The position numbers and the translations under genes are program-made. The notes beneath the pieces are model-generated. The model did no database searches. It was not told where the DNA came from and worked only from the letters and a program-made list of their open reading frames with translations. DNA of 64,000 nt from Acidobacteriota bacterium (GTDB taxonomy: Bacteria > Acidobacteriota > UBA6911 > RPQK01 > JAJDTT01): positions 4,864,001 through 4,928,000 of the forward strand of contig OZ242374.1 in the NCBI GenBank assembly GCA_965209055.1. The letters run 5' to 3'. Below, piece by piece: positions 18,198 to 26,850 of the stretch (positions are counted from its first letter, which is position 1; every line of letters begins with the position of its first letter).

Positions 18198-20447
18198 GTG
18201 CCTCAACCAAAGCATTACGCACACAGTGCGGAATCGGCTGCGCGAAACCGGTGGCACCCGCTGGCGAAGCATTTGGAAGACACGGCAGCGACCGCAAAAG
18301 AATTTCTCGCACCTGTGGTTGGAGGGGAATTCGGGTTCGCAGCCGGTCTACTACACGACCTTGGCAAGTACGCGCCGCGATTCCAGCGACGGCTCGACGG
18401 CGCAGGCCGTGTTGACCACGCCACGGCTGGCGCCAAAAAGGCGATCGGGCGTTACGGGGAGCTTCGCGGCAAAATGTTGGCATTCTGTATTGCCGGTCAT
18501 CATGCCGGCCTCGCCAACGGTGTGAATGGCCACAAAATCTCCGCCCTGGCAGACCGGCTCCAGAAGCAGGTTCCACGACTCGACCCGGTGTGGAACGAGG
18601 AGATCACATTTCCAGACTTACCAATACCATCCCTTAAGGCGCGTGATCGGGACAGCGCGGCCTTTTCCGCCTCCTTCTTCATCCGCATGGTGTTCTCCGC
18701 TCTTGTGGACGCGGACTTCCTGGACACGGAGGCGTACTACAATGCGCTGGCAGGAACTTCGAAGGCACGCGGGCAGCACCCGGAACTGCGAGAGTTGTCC
18801 GGGCGTCTCGATACATATCTCCAAACGCTTGGGTTGAGCGCAGAGCCCAGTGACGTGAACAGGCTGCGTCAAGAGGTGCTGATTTACGCCCGGAAGCAGG
18901 CAGCAAAGCCACCGGGCCTGTTCACTCTGACCGTTCCCACGGGAGGCGGCAAGACGCTGACCTCCCTTTCCTTCGCCCTGGACCACGCCGCGCGCCACGG
19001 GCTTGCGCGGGTCATCTACGTAATCCCTTACATGAGCATCATCGAACAGACGGCCGCCGTGTTTCGCGAGGCGCTCCGCGACGGCCCGACCGGTGCAGCG
19101 GACTTCGTTGTCGAACATCACAGCACCTTCGAAGATTGGCCCTATAGTCGGGAGGCGAAGGAAAAGCTGTTCCTGGCGATGGAAAACTGGGACGCCCCCA
19201 TCATCGTCACCACGGCCGTACAATTCTTTGAGAGCCTGTTCGCAAACCGCCCCGCACGCTGCCGCAAGTTGCACAACATCGCAAACAGCGTCATTGTCCT
19301 GGACGAAGCACAGACCCTGCCCTTGAAATATCTGCGTCCCTGCGTTGCCGCCCTCGACGAGTTGGCCCGTAACTGGCACGCGAGTGTCGTGCTCTGCACG
19401 GCTACACAGCCAGCCCTGGCAGAAACCTCCGGCTTCCGTGGAGGCCTGGAGAACCTGCGCGAGTTGGCCCCCGAGCCTCAGCTTCTCTACCAAACCCTGA
19501 AGCGCACACAGATTCGTAGTGTGGGACGGCTGGGCGACGCCGTACTCGCAGAACGGTTGCGTGATTCGCCGCAAGTCCTGTGCATCGTTAACACTCGGCG
19601 CCACGCCCGCGAGCTGTACGAAGCGCTCGGGGACATCGAGAACACCTTTCATCTGACCACCCTGATGTGTGCACACCATCGAAGGGAGCGACTCGACAGA
19701 GTACGTGTGCTCCTGAAGGAGGGGGCACCGGTGCGATTAGTCGCTACATCTCTCATCGAGGCCGGGGTCGATGTGGACTTCCCTGTCGTCTGGCGAGCAG
19801 AAGCGGGGTTGGAGTCGATTATCCAAGCCGCCGGACGGTGTAACCGCGAAGGTCGAGTACCCCTCGCTGACGTGTTCGTGTTCGAGCCGGAAGAAGGGGA
19901 AGGGCGCAAGCCCCCACCAGAGATCTGCCAGTTCGCAGCAGCGGCGCGTAGCGTCCTGAGCCGCCACGACGATCCCATGTCCCTGACGTCCATCGACGAC
20001 TACTTCCGGGAACTCTACTGGAGCAAGGGCAAAGATGCACTCGACGCCAAACACATCCTTCGGCAGCTACGTGAGCGTCGAACAACCCTAGACTTCCCCT
20101 TTGAGACTATCGCCCGGGAGTTTCGGTTGATCGAGACAGCCATGGAACCAGTGATTGTCCCCTATCGTGGCGCCAACTGCGACGCCCCAACCGTCGATCG
20201 CCTCCTCGAAAATCTGAAGTGGGTCGAGCGCCCGGGCCACATCGCACGCCTGCTTCAGCCCTATGTCGTAAATGTCCCATCTTCGGCAAGGGTGTCGCTG
20301 CTACGCGCCGGCGCCGCGCGGATCGTCCGGGAAGCCGATTTTGGTATGCAGTTTGTAGTTTTGACCAATATCGACCTTTACCACGAGGAACTTGGCTTGA
20401 TTTGGGATGATCCCACGTTCCTTAAGTTGGAAAGTCTTCTCATGTGA
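18198..20447 (+). CDS. cas3: Cas3 HD nuclease-helicase (type I-C)
   Basis: HDLGK, GHHAGL, LVDADFLDT, VPTGGGKT, DEAQ, QAAGRCNR. Confidence 0.96.
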   Translation: MPQPKHYAHSAESAARNRWHPLAKHLEDTAATAKEFLAPVVGGEFGFAAGLLHDLGKYAPRFQRRLDGAGRVDHATAGAKKAIGRYGELRGKMLAFCIAGHHAGLANGVNGHKISALADRLQKQVPRLDPVWNEEITFPDLPIPSLKARDRDSAAFSASFFIRMVFSALVDADFLDTEAYYNALAGTSKARGQHPELRELSGRLDTYLQTLGLSAEPSDVNRLRQEVLIYARKQAAKPPGLFTLTVPTGGGKTLTSLSFALDHAARHGLARVIYVIPYMSIIEQTAAVFREALRDGPTGAADFVVEHHSTFEDWPYSREAKEKLFLAMENWDAPIIVTTAVQFFESLFANRPARCRKLHNIANSVIVLDEAQTLPLKYLRPCVAALDELARNWHASVVLCTATQPALAETSGFRGGLENLRELAPEPQLLYQTLKRTQIRSVGRLGDAVLAERLRDSPQVLCIVNTRRHARELYEALGDIENTFHLTTLMCAHHRRERLDRVRVLLKEGAPVRLVATSLIEAGVDVDFPVVWRAEAGLESIIQAAGRCNREGRVPLADVFVFEPEEGEGRKPPPEICQFAAAARSVLSRHDDPMSLTSIDDYFRELYWSKGKDALDAKHILRQLRERRTTLDFPFETIAREFRLIETAMEPVIVPYRGANCDAPTVDRLLENLKWVERPGHIARLLQPYVVNVPSSARVSLLRAGAARIVREADFGMQFVVLTNIDLYHEELGLIWDDPTFLKLESLLM

Positions 20448-20489
20448 ATACTCTACAATCTCGCACACATTAGGATGATTTTCTACTAC

Positions 20490-20518
20490 ATGCACGAAGA
20501 ACAAAAATATGCCATACT
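20490..20518 (+). promoter_or_regulatory. Predicted sigma70-type promoter for the mini-array/hicA transcript
   Basis: ATGCAC-17 nt-CATACT with extended -10 TG at 20510-20511, ending 7 nt before the first degenerate repeat; predicted by eye. Confidence 0.45.
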
Positions 20519-20525
20519 TCCGAGT

Positions 20526-20624
20526 GTCGTTGGCCGACGAGAGCCAACGCGGGTTGAAACGTGCAAGTGGTGCGTTTGGTCGCAACGAGTCGTCCCCGGC
20601 TGCTCCGGGGGCGCGGATTATCCG
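20526..20624 (+). ncRNA. Cryptic CRISPR mini-array / crRNA-like RNA (two diverged I-C repeats, one 28-nt spacer)
   Basis: R1 GT-CGTTGGC-cgacgaga-GCCAACG-CGGGTTGAAAC (20526-20560); spacer GTGCAAGTGGTGCGTTTGGTCGCAACGA (20561-20588); R2 GT-CGTCCCCGG-ctgct-CCGGGGGCG-CGGATTATCCG (20589-20624). The array repeat is GT-CGCCCCC-ttacac-GGGGGCG-TGGATTGAAAC. Confidence 0.82.
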
Positions 20625-20672
20625 GTAGGACAACGAGGAAAGTGGATTTAGACCCAGCAGCCGGAATTTGCC

Positions 20673-20879
20673 GTGAAGGTTCGCGATGTCATACGCACGC
20701 TCAAGCAGCATGGGTTCCGATTGGACCGTCAATCCGGAAGCCACAGGCTGTTCGAAGGTGTGGCCGGCGGACGCCGCCGCATAGTGCCGGTACCCGGAAA
20801 GGATGGCGACGACGTTCGTGTAGGTACGTTGTCAGCAATCCGACGGCAATCCGGTCTGCCAAAGGCGCTGTTCCGCTAG
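20673..20879 (+). CDS. hicA: HicA-family mRNA interferase toxin
   Basis: 68 aa; KVRDVIRTLKQHGF..RQSGSHRLF...VPVP...GTLSAIRRQSGL, with the catalytic GSH intact. Confidence 0.9.
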   Translation: MKVRDVIRTLKQHGFRLDRQSGSHRLFEGVAGGRRRIVPVPGKDGDDVRVGTLSAIRRQSGLPKALFR

Positions 20880-21187
20880 GTAATCGCAGGAAGTTTATGG
20901 TGGAAGGAACGACCCTGAAAACAACCGGCCGCGCCTGGAACTCGAGACAACCACGTCATGAACGCGAGTTTTGCGCGAAGGTGCCATGGGGACTTGCGTG
21001 CCAAGAAATGGCTTTGTTCTTGGACCGGCAACTCGGCAACCCTCTCCAAGTAAAGTTCGATACAGACGGCGAGCGATTTCTTGACTTCGTCCAGAGACGG
21101 CGCGAACGTTGCGACATCCAAGTCGATGCAGATCGCTTCCCAATCATCACCGGAGGGGTACGCATAGCATTTGAGGTCAAGGGTCAC
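20876..21187 (-). CDS. hicB: HicB-like antitoxin, convergent on hicA
   Basis: RBS GGGAG plus GTG at 21187 (alternative ATG 21208); WEAICIDLDVATFAPSLDEVKKSL..IELYL is a HicB partial RNase H-fold pattern. Confidence 0.65.
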   Translation of the reverse strand: MTLDLKCYAYPSGDDWEAICIDLDVATFAPSLDEVKKSLAVCIELYLERVAELPVQEQSHFLARKSPWHLRAKLAFMTWLSRVPGAAGCFQGRSFHHKLPAIT

Positions 21188-21294
21188 ATTCGACTCCCTG
21201 GGTTCCATATGGTAAAGGGAGGCATCTACCATCAAAATACCAAAGGATGGCACCATATGCACGGAGTCGCAGCCCACGACGCCGAGAGGACCTT

Positions 21295-21966
21295 ATGCCA
21301 TACGGAGTGAAGTTGCACATTTGGGGTGACTACGCCTGCTTCACGCGACCCGAAATGAAGGTTGAGCGGGTGTCGTACGACGTGATAACACCTTCCGCGG
21401 CGCGCGGGGTCGTCGAAGCGATTCATTGGAAACCGGCCATCCGCTGGATGATCGACCGCATCCACGTCTTAAAACCGATCCGCTTTGAGAACCTCCGCCG
21501 CAACGAGTTGGGTCGAAAGATTCCAGCAGGCAGTGTCCTTCGGGCGATGAAACAAGGCAAGACGGAGGGACTTTACACCCTGATTGAGGACAACCGCCAG
21601 CAGCGGGCCACGACCCTGTTGCGCGACGTGGCCTACGTTATCGAAGCGCACTTCGTCCTCACTGAGGCCGCGACGTCTTGCGACACCGCAGCCAAGCATC
21701 TGTCCATGTTTAACCGACGTGCTTCCAAGGGCCAGTGCTTTCACCGACCCTATCTCGGTACCCGTGAATTCGCCGCCAACTTCGCGCCAGTGGAGGGCAT
21801 GATGCCAAAGTCAACGCTGCCTACCACTCAACAGGATCTCGATTTGGGCTGGATGTTGTACGACATCGACTTTGAAGATGATCGGTCCCCCCGTTTTTTC
21901 CGCGCCAAGCTGCAAAATGGCGTGATGGACGTGCCGCCGCTGGACTCCGAGGAAGTCAGGGCGTGA
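21295..21966 (+). CDS. cas5: Cas5c (Cas5d), type I-C
   Basis: GDYACFTRPEMKVERVSYDVITPSAARG, PYLGTREF, LGWMLYDIDF. Confidence 0.96.
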   Translation: MPYGVKLHIWGDYACFTRPEMKVERVSYDVITPSAARGVVEAIHWKPAIRWMIDRIHVLKPIRFENLRRNELGRKIPAGSVLRAMKQGKTEGLYTLIEDNRQQRATTLLRDVAYVIEAHFVLTEAATSCDTAAKHLSMFNRRASKGQCFHRPYLGTREFAANFAPVEGMMPKSTLPTTQQDLDLGWMLYDIDFEDDRSPRFFRAKLQNGVMDVPPLDSEEVRA

Positions 21967-23747
21967 GTATTCTTCAAGCTCTTGCCAGCCATTACAAACG
22001 CCTTCATGCAAATGGAGAAGCGCCAGATTACGGGTATTCCCGTGAGCCGGTTTCGTTTGCCATCGTGTTGTCGCCGGATGGTGAACCCGTCGATGTCATG
22101 GATTTGCGGGATCCATCAGGCAGGATGCCAAGGCCATCGCTCCGCGGGGTACCCCGACCCGTCACCCGCTCATCGAACATTGCCGCTAATTTCCTGTGGG
22201 ACAAGACCGCCTATACGCTCGGCATGAAGCGTGACCGCGACACGAAACAGCCGACGTCCGCAAGCCGCGAGCACGCTGCTTTCAGGAAGCTACACCAAGA
22301 ACTGCTCCCAGGGACAGGAGACGAGGGACTCAAAGCTCTACGCATCTTCTTGGAGCAATGGCAATCGGAGAATTACTCCAGCCTACGGCACGGAGACGAC
22401 ATGCTGGACGCGAACGTCATCTTTCGACTTGAGAGCGAACAGCGGTTCCTGCATCAGCGGCCAGCGGCACGAGGTATCTGGCAAGCCTATCTGGCAGGAA
22501 CAGACAAATCTCTAGGTCTCTGTCTTGTCTCAGGTGAGCAGGCACCGATCGAACGGCTTCACCCGAAGATCAAAGGCGTCAGAGGAGCGCAATCCTCTGG
22601 CGCGTCCATGGTCTCTTTCAACCTTGACGCCTTCGCATCGTTCGGCAAGAGGCAAGGCTCCAATGCCCCCGTGTCGAAACGAGCTGTCTTCTCCTATGCC
22701 ACCGCCCTGAACACGTTGCTGGCAAGGGACAGCGCGCGACGCATTCAGATCGGCGATGCGACGACGATCTTCTGGGCCGAGGCATCCGGCAACGAAGCGT
22801 GTGCCGCAACGGCGGAAGATTTGTTCTCGTTGCTTGCCGATCCGCCGACGGATGCGGAAGAAGCCATCAAGGTGGGAGACAAGCTCTTGGCGGTTGCGGA
22901 AGGTAAACCGCTGACCGCTGTCGAGCCAGAATTAGACGAGCACACAAGTTTCTACGTGCTTGGACTCGCTCCCAATGCGGCGCGCCTCTCGGTCCGTTTC
23001 TGGCATGTTGACAGCATCGGAGCGATTGCACGACAGATTGGCGAGCACTGGCGTGATCTGCTCATTGATCCGCTTCCCTGGACCACCCCGCCTGGCGCAT
23101 GGCGCCTGCTATACGAAACGGCCGTGCAGCGTAAATCTGAAAACATACCGCCAATCCTCGGTGGCGCGTTAATGCGTTCGATACTAACAGGTGGTCGTTA
23201 TCCCCGATCTCTACTTGCCGCCGTCGTGGCCCGAATGCGCGCCGAGGGAAACATCACGGCCCTCAGGGCAGCGATCTGTAAGGCATGTCTTGCCCGTGAC
23301 CACCGCCTGGGCTTCGAAATGGAGGATGTACCCGTGAGCCTGAACCCGGAAGAAACCAACCAAGCCTATCGCCTTGGAAGACTGTTTGCTTTGTACGAAG
23401 ACGTCCAACGTGCCGCCTTGGGCAATGTCAACTCGACGATCAAGGATCGCTATCTTGGGGCCGCTTCCGCCACCCCAGCATCGGTTTTCCCCTTGCTTGA
23501 GCGCAACTCCGCGAATCACCTTGCGACGCTCCGGAAAGGCAACAAAGGTGGTCTAGCCCATTGGTTTGAGCAACAGATCGACTCCATATTCGACGGTTTG
23601 GACGGGTCCTTTCCACGTAGTCTTCGTCTTGAGGATCAAGGACGTTTCGCGATCGGCTATCACCACCAGAGAGTCAAGAAACGAACCTCTTCAGACAAAG
23701 GAAGAGAAGGTACGGACGCCGAAACCCATGATGAGGAAGGACCATGA
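21963..23747 (+). CDS. cas8c: Cas8c/Csd1 large subunit
   Basis: [61 protein letters not shown]. Confidence 0.95.
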   Translation: MSILQALASHYKRLHANGEAPDYGYSREPVSFAIVLSPDGEPVDVMDLRDPSGRMPRPSLRGVPRPVTRSSNIAANFLWDKTAYTLGMKRDRDTKQPTSASREHAAFRKLHQELLPGTGDEGLKALRIFLEQWQSENYSSLRHGDDMLDANVIFRLESEQRFLHQRPAARGIWQAYLAGTDKSLGLCLVSGEQAPIERLHPKIKGVRGAQSSGASMVSFNLDAFASFGKRQGSNAPVSKRAVFSYATALNTLLARDSARRIQIGDATTIFWAEASGNEACAATAEDLFSLLADPPTDAEEAIKVGDKLLAVAEGKPLTAVEPELDEHTSFYVLGLAPNAARLSVRFWHVDSIGAIARQIGEHWRDLLIDPLPWTTPPGAWRLLYETAVQRKSENIPPILGGALMRSILTGGRYPRSLLAAVVARMRAEGNITALRAAICKACLARDHRLGFEMEDVPVSLNPEETNQAYRLGRLFALYEDVQRAALGNVNSTIKDRYLGAASATPASVFPLLERNSANHLATLRKGNKGGLAHWFEQQIDSIFDGLDGSFPRSLRLEDQGRFAIGYHHQRVKKRTSSDKGREGTDAETHDEEGP

Positions 23748-24676
23748 ACCCGATCAAACACCGCTATGACTTCGTTTATCTGTTCGATGTCACCAACGGG
23801 AATCCGAACGGCGACCCGGACGCGGGTAACCTGCCACGTCTTGACCCGGAGACCAATCAGGGGCTGGTTTCGGATGTCTGTCTGAAGCGCAAGGTGCGTA
23901 ACTTCGTCGCCTTGACCAAGGAAGACGCACCGGGCCACGAGATCTATGTCACCGAGCGTGCCATTCTTGAACTGCAGCAAAAGCGCGCCTGGGAAGCGAT
24001 TATCCCTGAAGCCACAGCCAAAGATCGGGAAAAGCTCCCCAAGGACCAGCAGAAAGCCCGTGAGATCACACGGTGGATGTGCGCTAACTTCTTTGATGTC
24101 CGTACATTCGGTGCAGTCATGTCAACGAGGGGCGCCAACTGCGGTCAAGTGCGCGGTCCGGTCCAGTTCTCGTTCGCGCGTTCGATCGATCCGATTCTCC
24201 CTTTGGAGGTCTCCATTACACGGATGGCTGCGACCACCGAAGCCGACGCCGAGTCCAAAGGCGACATCCGCACGATGGGCCGTAAGCACATCGTCCCCTA
24301 TGGCTTGTACCGCGCTCACGGTTACGTATCCGCTTGTCTCGCCGGGGGTGCTAAGGGTACCGGCTTCTCCGAGGAAGATCTTGCACTAGTCTGGTTGGCT
24401 CTCGAACAAATGTTCGATCATGATCGATCTGCGGCCCGTGGCGAGATGGCAGCACGGAGGCTGGTCCTGTTCGAGCATGAAACCGCACTCGGCAATGCGG
24501 CCGCCCACCGGTTATTCGAGCGCGTCGCGGTCAAGCGAGCATTCGACGGTAGAGAATACGAGCCCGGCGCGCGCGATGCTCGCCATCTGCCGCCAGCACG
24601 GGCCTACACCGACTATGCGGTCCACATCGACGAGACGGATTTGCCGAACGGGATAAAGATCATAGACCGGATCTGA
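23744..24676 (+). CDS. cas7: Cas7c/Csd2 backbone subunit
   Basis: [47 protein letters not shown]. Confidence 0.96.
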   Translation: MNPIKHRYDFVYLFDVTNGNPNGDPDAGNLPRLDPETNQGLVSDVCLKRKVRNFVALTKEDAPGHEIYVTERAILELQQKRAWEAIIPEATAKDREKLPKDQQKAREITRWMCANFFDVRTFGAVMSTRGANCGQVRGPVQFSFARSIDPILPLEVSITRMAATTEADAESKGDIRTMGRKHIVPYGLYRAHGYVSACLAGGAKGTGFSEEDLALVWLALEQMFDHDRSAARGEMAARRLVLFEHETALGNAAAHRLFERVAVKRAFDGREYEPGARDARHLPPARAYTDYAVHIDETDLPNGIKIIDRI

Positions 24677-24680
24677 ATTG

Positions 24681-25316
24681 ATGGATGCGATCGAACCTGT
24701 CGCACAAGACGAATTGGTACCGATTTCGGCCCTGCAGCACATGCTCTACTGCCCGCGACAATGTGCGCTCATCCATGTCGAGCGGCACTGAGCCGAAAAC
24801 CGCTTTACTGCCGAAGGAAGCATCTTGCACCTGCGCCCCGACGCCGGAAGGGACGAACGCCGCCGCACCATACGAATCGAGCGCAGTGTTCCCCTCCGCT
24901 CTTCTCGGCTTGGTCTTTTCGGCGTGGCCGATGTAGTCGAGATGCATGCCGGCGGACGCATCTATCCGGTGGAGTACAAGCGCGGCCGGCCCAAGACTCA
25001 TCGTGCCGACGAAGTGCAACTCTGTGCGCAGGCAATTTGTCTAGAGGAAATGCTGGATGTCCCTGTTCTGGAGGGAGCCTTGTTCTATGGCCGCAGCCGG
25101 CGCCGTAAGGTGATCGTATTCGATGCTGGGCTGCGCGCGCTCACCGAAGCCGTCGCCGCCGATACGTGGAGCATGCTCGCCGCCGGCCGGACGCCACCAG
25201 CCGAGTTCGAAGCGCGCAAGTGCAACGCCTGCTCGCTCAAGGAAGCATGTCAGCCAGAGAGCCCCCGAGGGGCAGATGTCGTCGATCGCTGGCTGAGGCG
25301 CGCCGTCGAGGGCTGA
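24681..25316 (+). pseudogene. cas4: Cas4 with in-frame TGA at codon 37 (24789-24791)
   Basis: MDAIEP...[31 protein letters not shown]...DVVE..PVEYKRG..QLCAQ..C..CSL...C; TGA sits where W is expected. Confidence 0.9.
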
Positions 25317-25327
25317 TACAAAGTTCC

Positions 25328-26368
25328 ATGCGCCGTCACCTGAACACCCTGTACGTGACGACGGAAAACGCTTGGCTGCACAAGGATGGCGAGAATGCGG
25401 TGGTCAAGGTAGAGGGCTCAGAACGCGGCCGTGTACCCGTACATCTCCTCGGCGGCATCGTCTGTTTTGGTTCGATCGGACTGACGCCGCGACTGATCGG
25501 GCACTGCGCCGAACGCGGCGTTTGCATCTCACTGATGACCCGCTACGGCCGCTTTCTGGCTCGCGTCGAAGGCCCTGTCGCTGGAAACGTGCTTCTGAGG
25601 CGGAGTCAATATCGCGCCAGCGATGATGAGACCACCACCGTAACGCTGGTACGCAACTTGTTGACGGGAAAACTGCTCAATCAACGGACCGTAGTCCGGC
25701 GGGCGCTACGTGATCATGGCAAGAACATGCAGCCGGATGCACGCGCCCGCATGGAAGCCTGCGAGCGCCGACTGAGTGGTGCGGTGCGGCGCACGACTCG
25801 ATCAAAATCGACGAACGTACTGAGAGGAATCGAAGGAGACGCCGCGCGGACCTACTACAGCGTGTTCAATGATCTAGTATTGAGGACAGAATCAGCCTTC
25901 AGGTTCACAAACCGTTCGCGCCGACCGCCACTCGATCCAGTGAACGCTTTACTGTCGTTCGTTTATACCCTTCTGGTTCACGATTGCCGATCGGCCCTGG
26001 AAACTGTGGGGCTCGATCCCGCTGCGGGATTCTTGCATCGAGATCGTCCAGGTCGACCGGGCCTTGCGCTCGACCTCATGGAAGAGCTGCGGTCCGTAAT
26101 CGCTGACCGTCTGGTTCTATCGTTGATCAATCGCAAACAGATCTCGGCCAAAGATTTCACCACGGCAATCAGTGGGGCAGTCTCATTGCGAGACGATCCA
26201 CGGAAGGCGATTCTGGTCGCGTACCAAGCGCGAAAGAAAGATGAACTGACGCACCCGTTTCTCAAGGAAAAAATGATGCTCGGTATCGTCCCGTTCGTCC
26301 AAGCTACTCTGATGGCCCGGCGGTTGCGGGGTGACCTTGACGGCTATCCTCCGTTTCTCTGGAAGTAG
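25328..26368 (+). CDS. cas1: Cas1, type I-C
   Basis: LNTLYVTT, GNVLLRR.QY, RGIEG, RRPPLDPVNALLSF.Y, LALDLMEELR, YPPFLWK. Confidence 0.96.
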   Translation: MRRHLNTLYVTTENAWLHKDGENAVVKVEGSERGRVPVHLLGGIVCFGSIGLTPRLIGHCAERGVCISLMTRYGRFLARVEGPVAGNVLLRRSQYRASDDETTTVTLVRNLLTGKLLNQRTVVRRALRDHGKNMQPDARARMEACERRLSGAVRRTTRSKSTNVLRGIEGDAARTYYSVFNDLVLRTESAFRFTNRSRRPPLDPVNALLSFVYTLLVHDCRSALETVGLDPAAGFLHRDRPGRPGLALDLMEELRSVIADRLVLSLINRKQISAKDFTTAISGAVSLRDDPRKAILVAYQARKKDELTHPFLKEKMMLGIVPFVQATLMARRLRGDLDGYPPFLWK

Positions 26369-26377
26369 GGGGCAACA

Positions 26378-26668
26378 ATGTTGATGCTTATCACGTACGA
26401 TATTGCCACTGGAGAATCTGGAGGACAACGACGCTTACGTCGTGTCGCTCGGCTTTGTCAGGATCTCGGACAGCGGGTTCAGTACTCAGTGTTCGAGTGC
26501 CAAGTCGACCCGGCTCAATGGGCGATACTACGTTCCCGACTCATGAACGAAATCGACGAAAATGCCGATAGTCTTCGCTTTTACAGACTCGGCTCCAATT
26601 GGCGCTCGCGCATCGAACATGTGGGAAACAAGAAGTCCTACGATCCAGATGGACCACTCGTATTCTGA
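26378..26668 (+). CDS. cas2: Cas2
   Basis: LITYDI, RLRRVAR.C..GQRVQYSVFEC, DSLRFYRLG. Confidence 0.96.
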   Translation: MLMLITYDIATGESGGQRRLRRVARLCQDLGQRVQYSVFECQVDPAQWAILRSRLMNEIDENADSLRFYRLGSNWRSRIEHVGNKKSYDPDGPLVF

Positions 26669-26850
26669 GGATGCGCGAACCCAGAGCTCCCAAGATATTC
26701 GTAACAAGTTCGCACAGCCTGCAAATCATGATTTCGCAATACTATGGTTTGCTCGGTTGGCGCTGGAAGAGGTTTTCTTGACGTAACAGGGTCCGGTTCG
26801 CGCAATCGGGTCAATTTCGCCTGTTTTTCAAATCAGATAGAGTGGCTGCG
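26669..26850 (+). promoter_or_regulatory. CRISPR leader
   Basis: Non-coding, lower-GC 182 bp between cas2 and the first repeat, with GCGAAC/GTTCGC motifs as in I-C leaders. Confidence 0.75.

Noticed and set aside
20642-20653. GTGGATTTAGAC as a third degenerate repeat before hicA
   Set aside because: It resembles the repeat tail but has no preceding stem or GTCG start; too weak to call.
24789-24791. TGA in cas4 as Trp or Sec recoding
   Set aside because: TGA ends many genes in this window, and the expected residue is Trp rather than Cys; a nonsense mutation or sequencing error is simpler.
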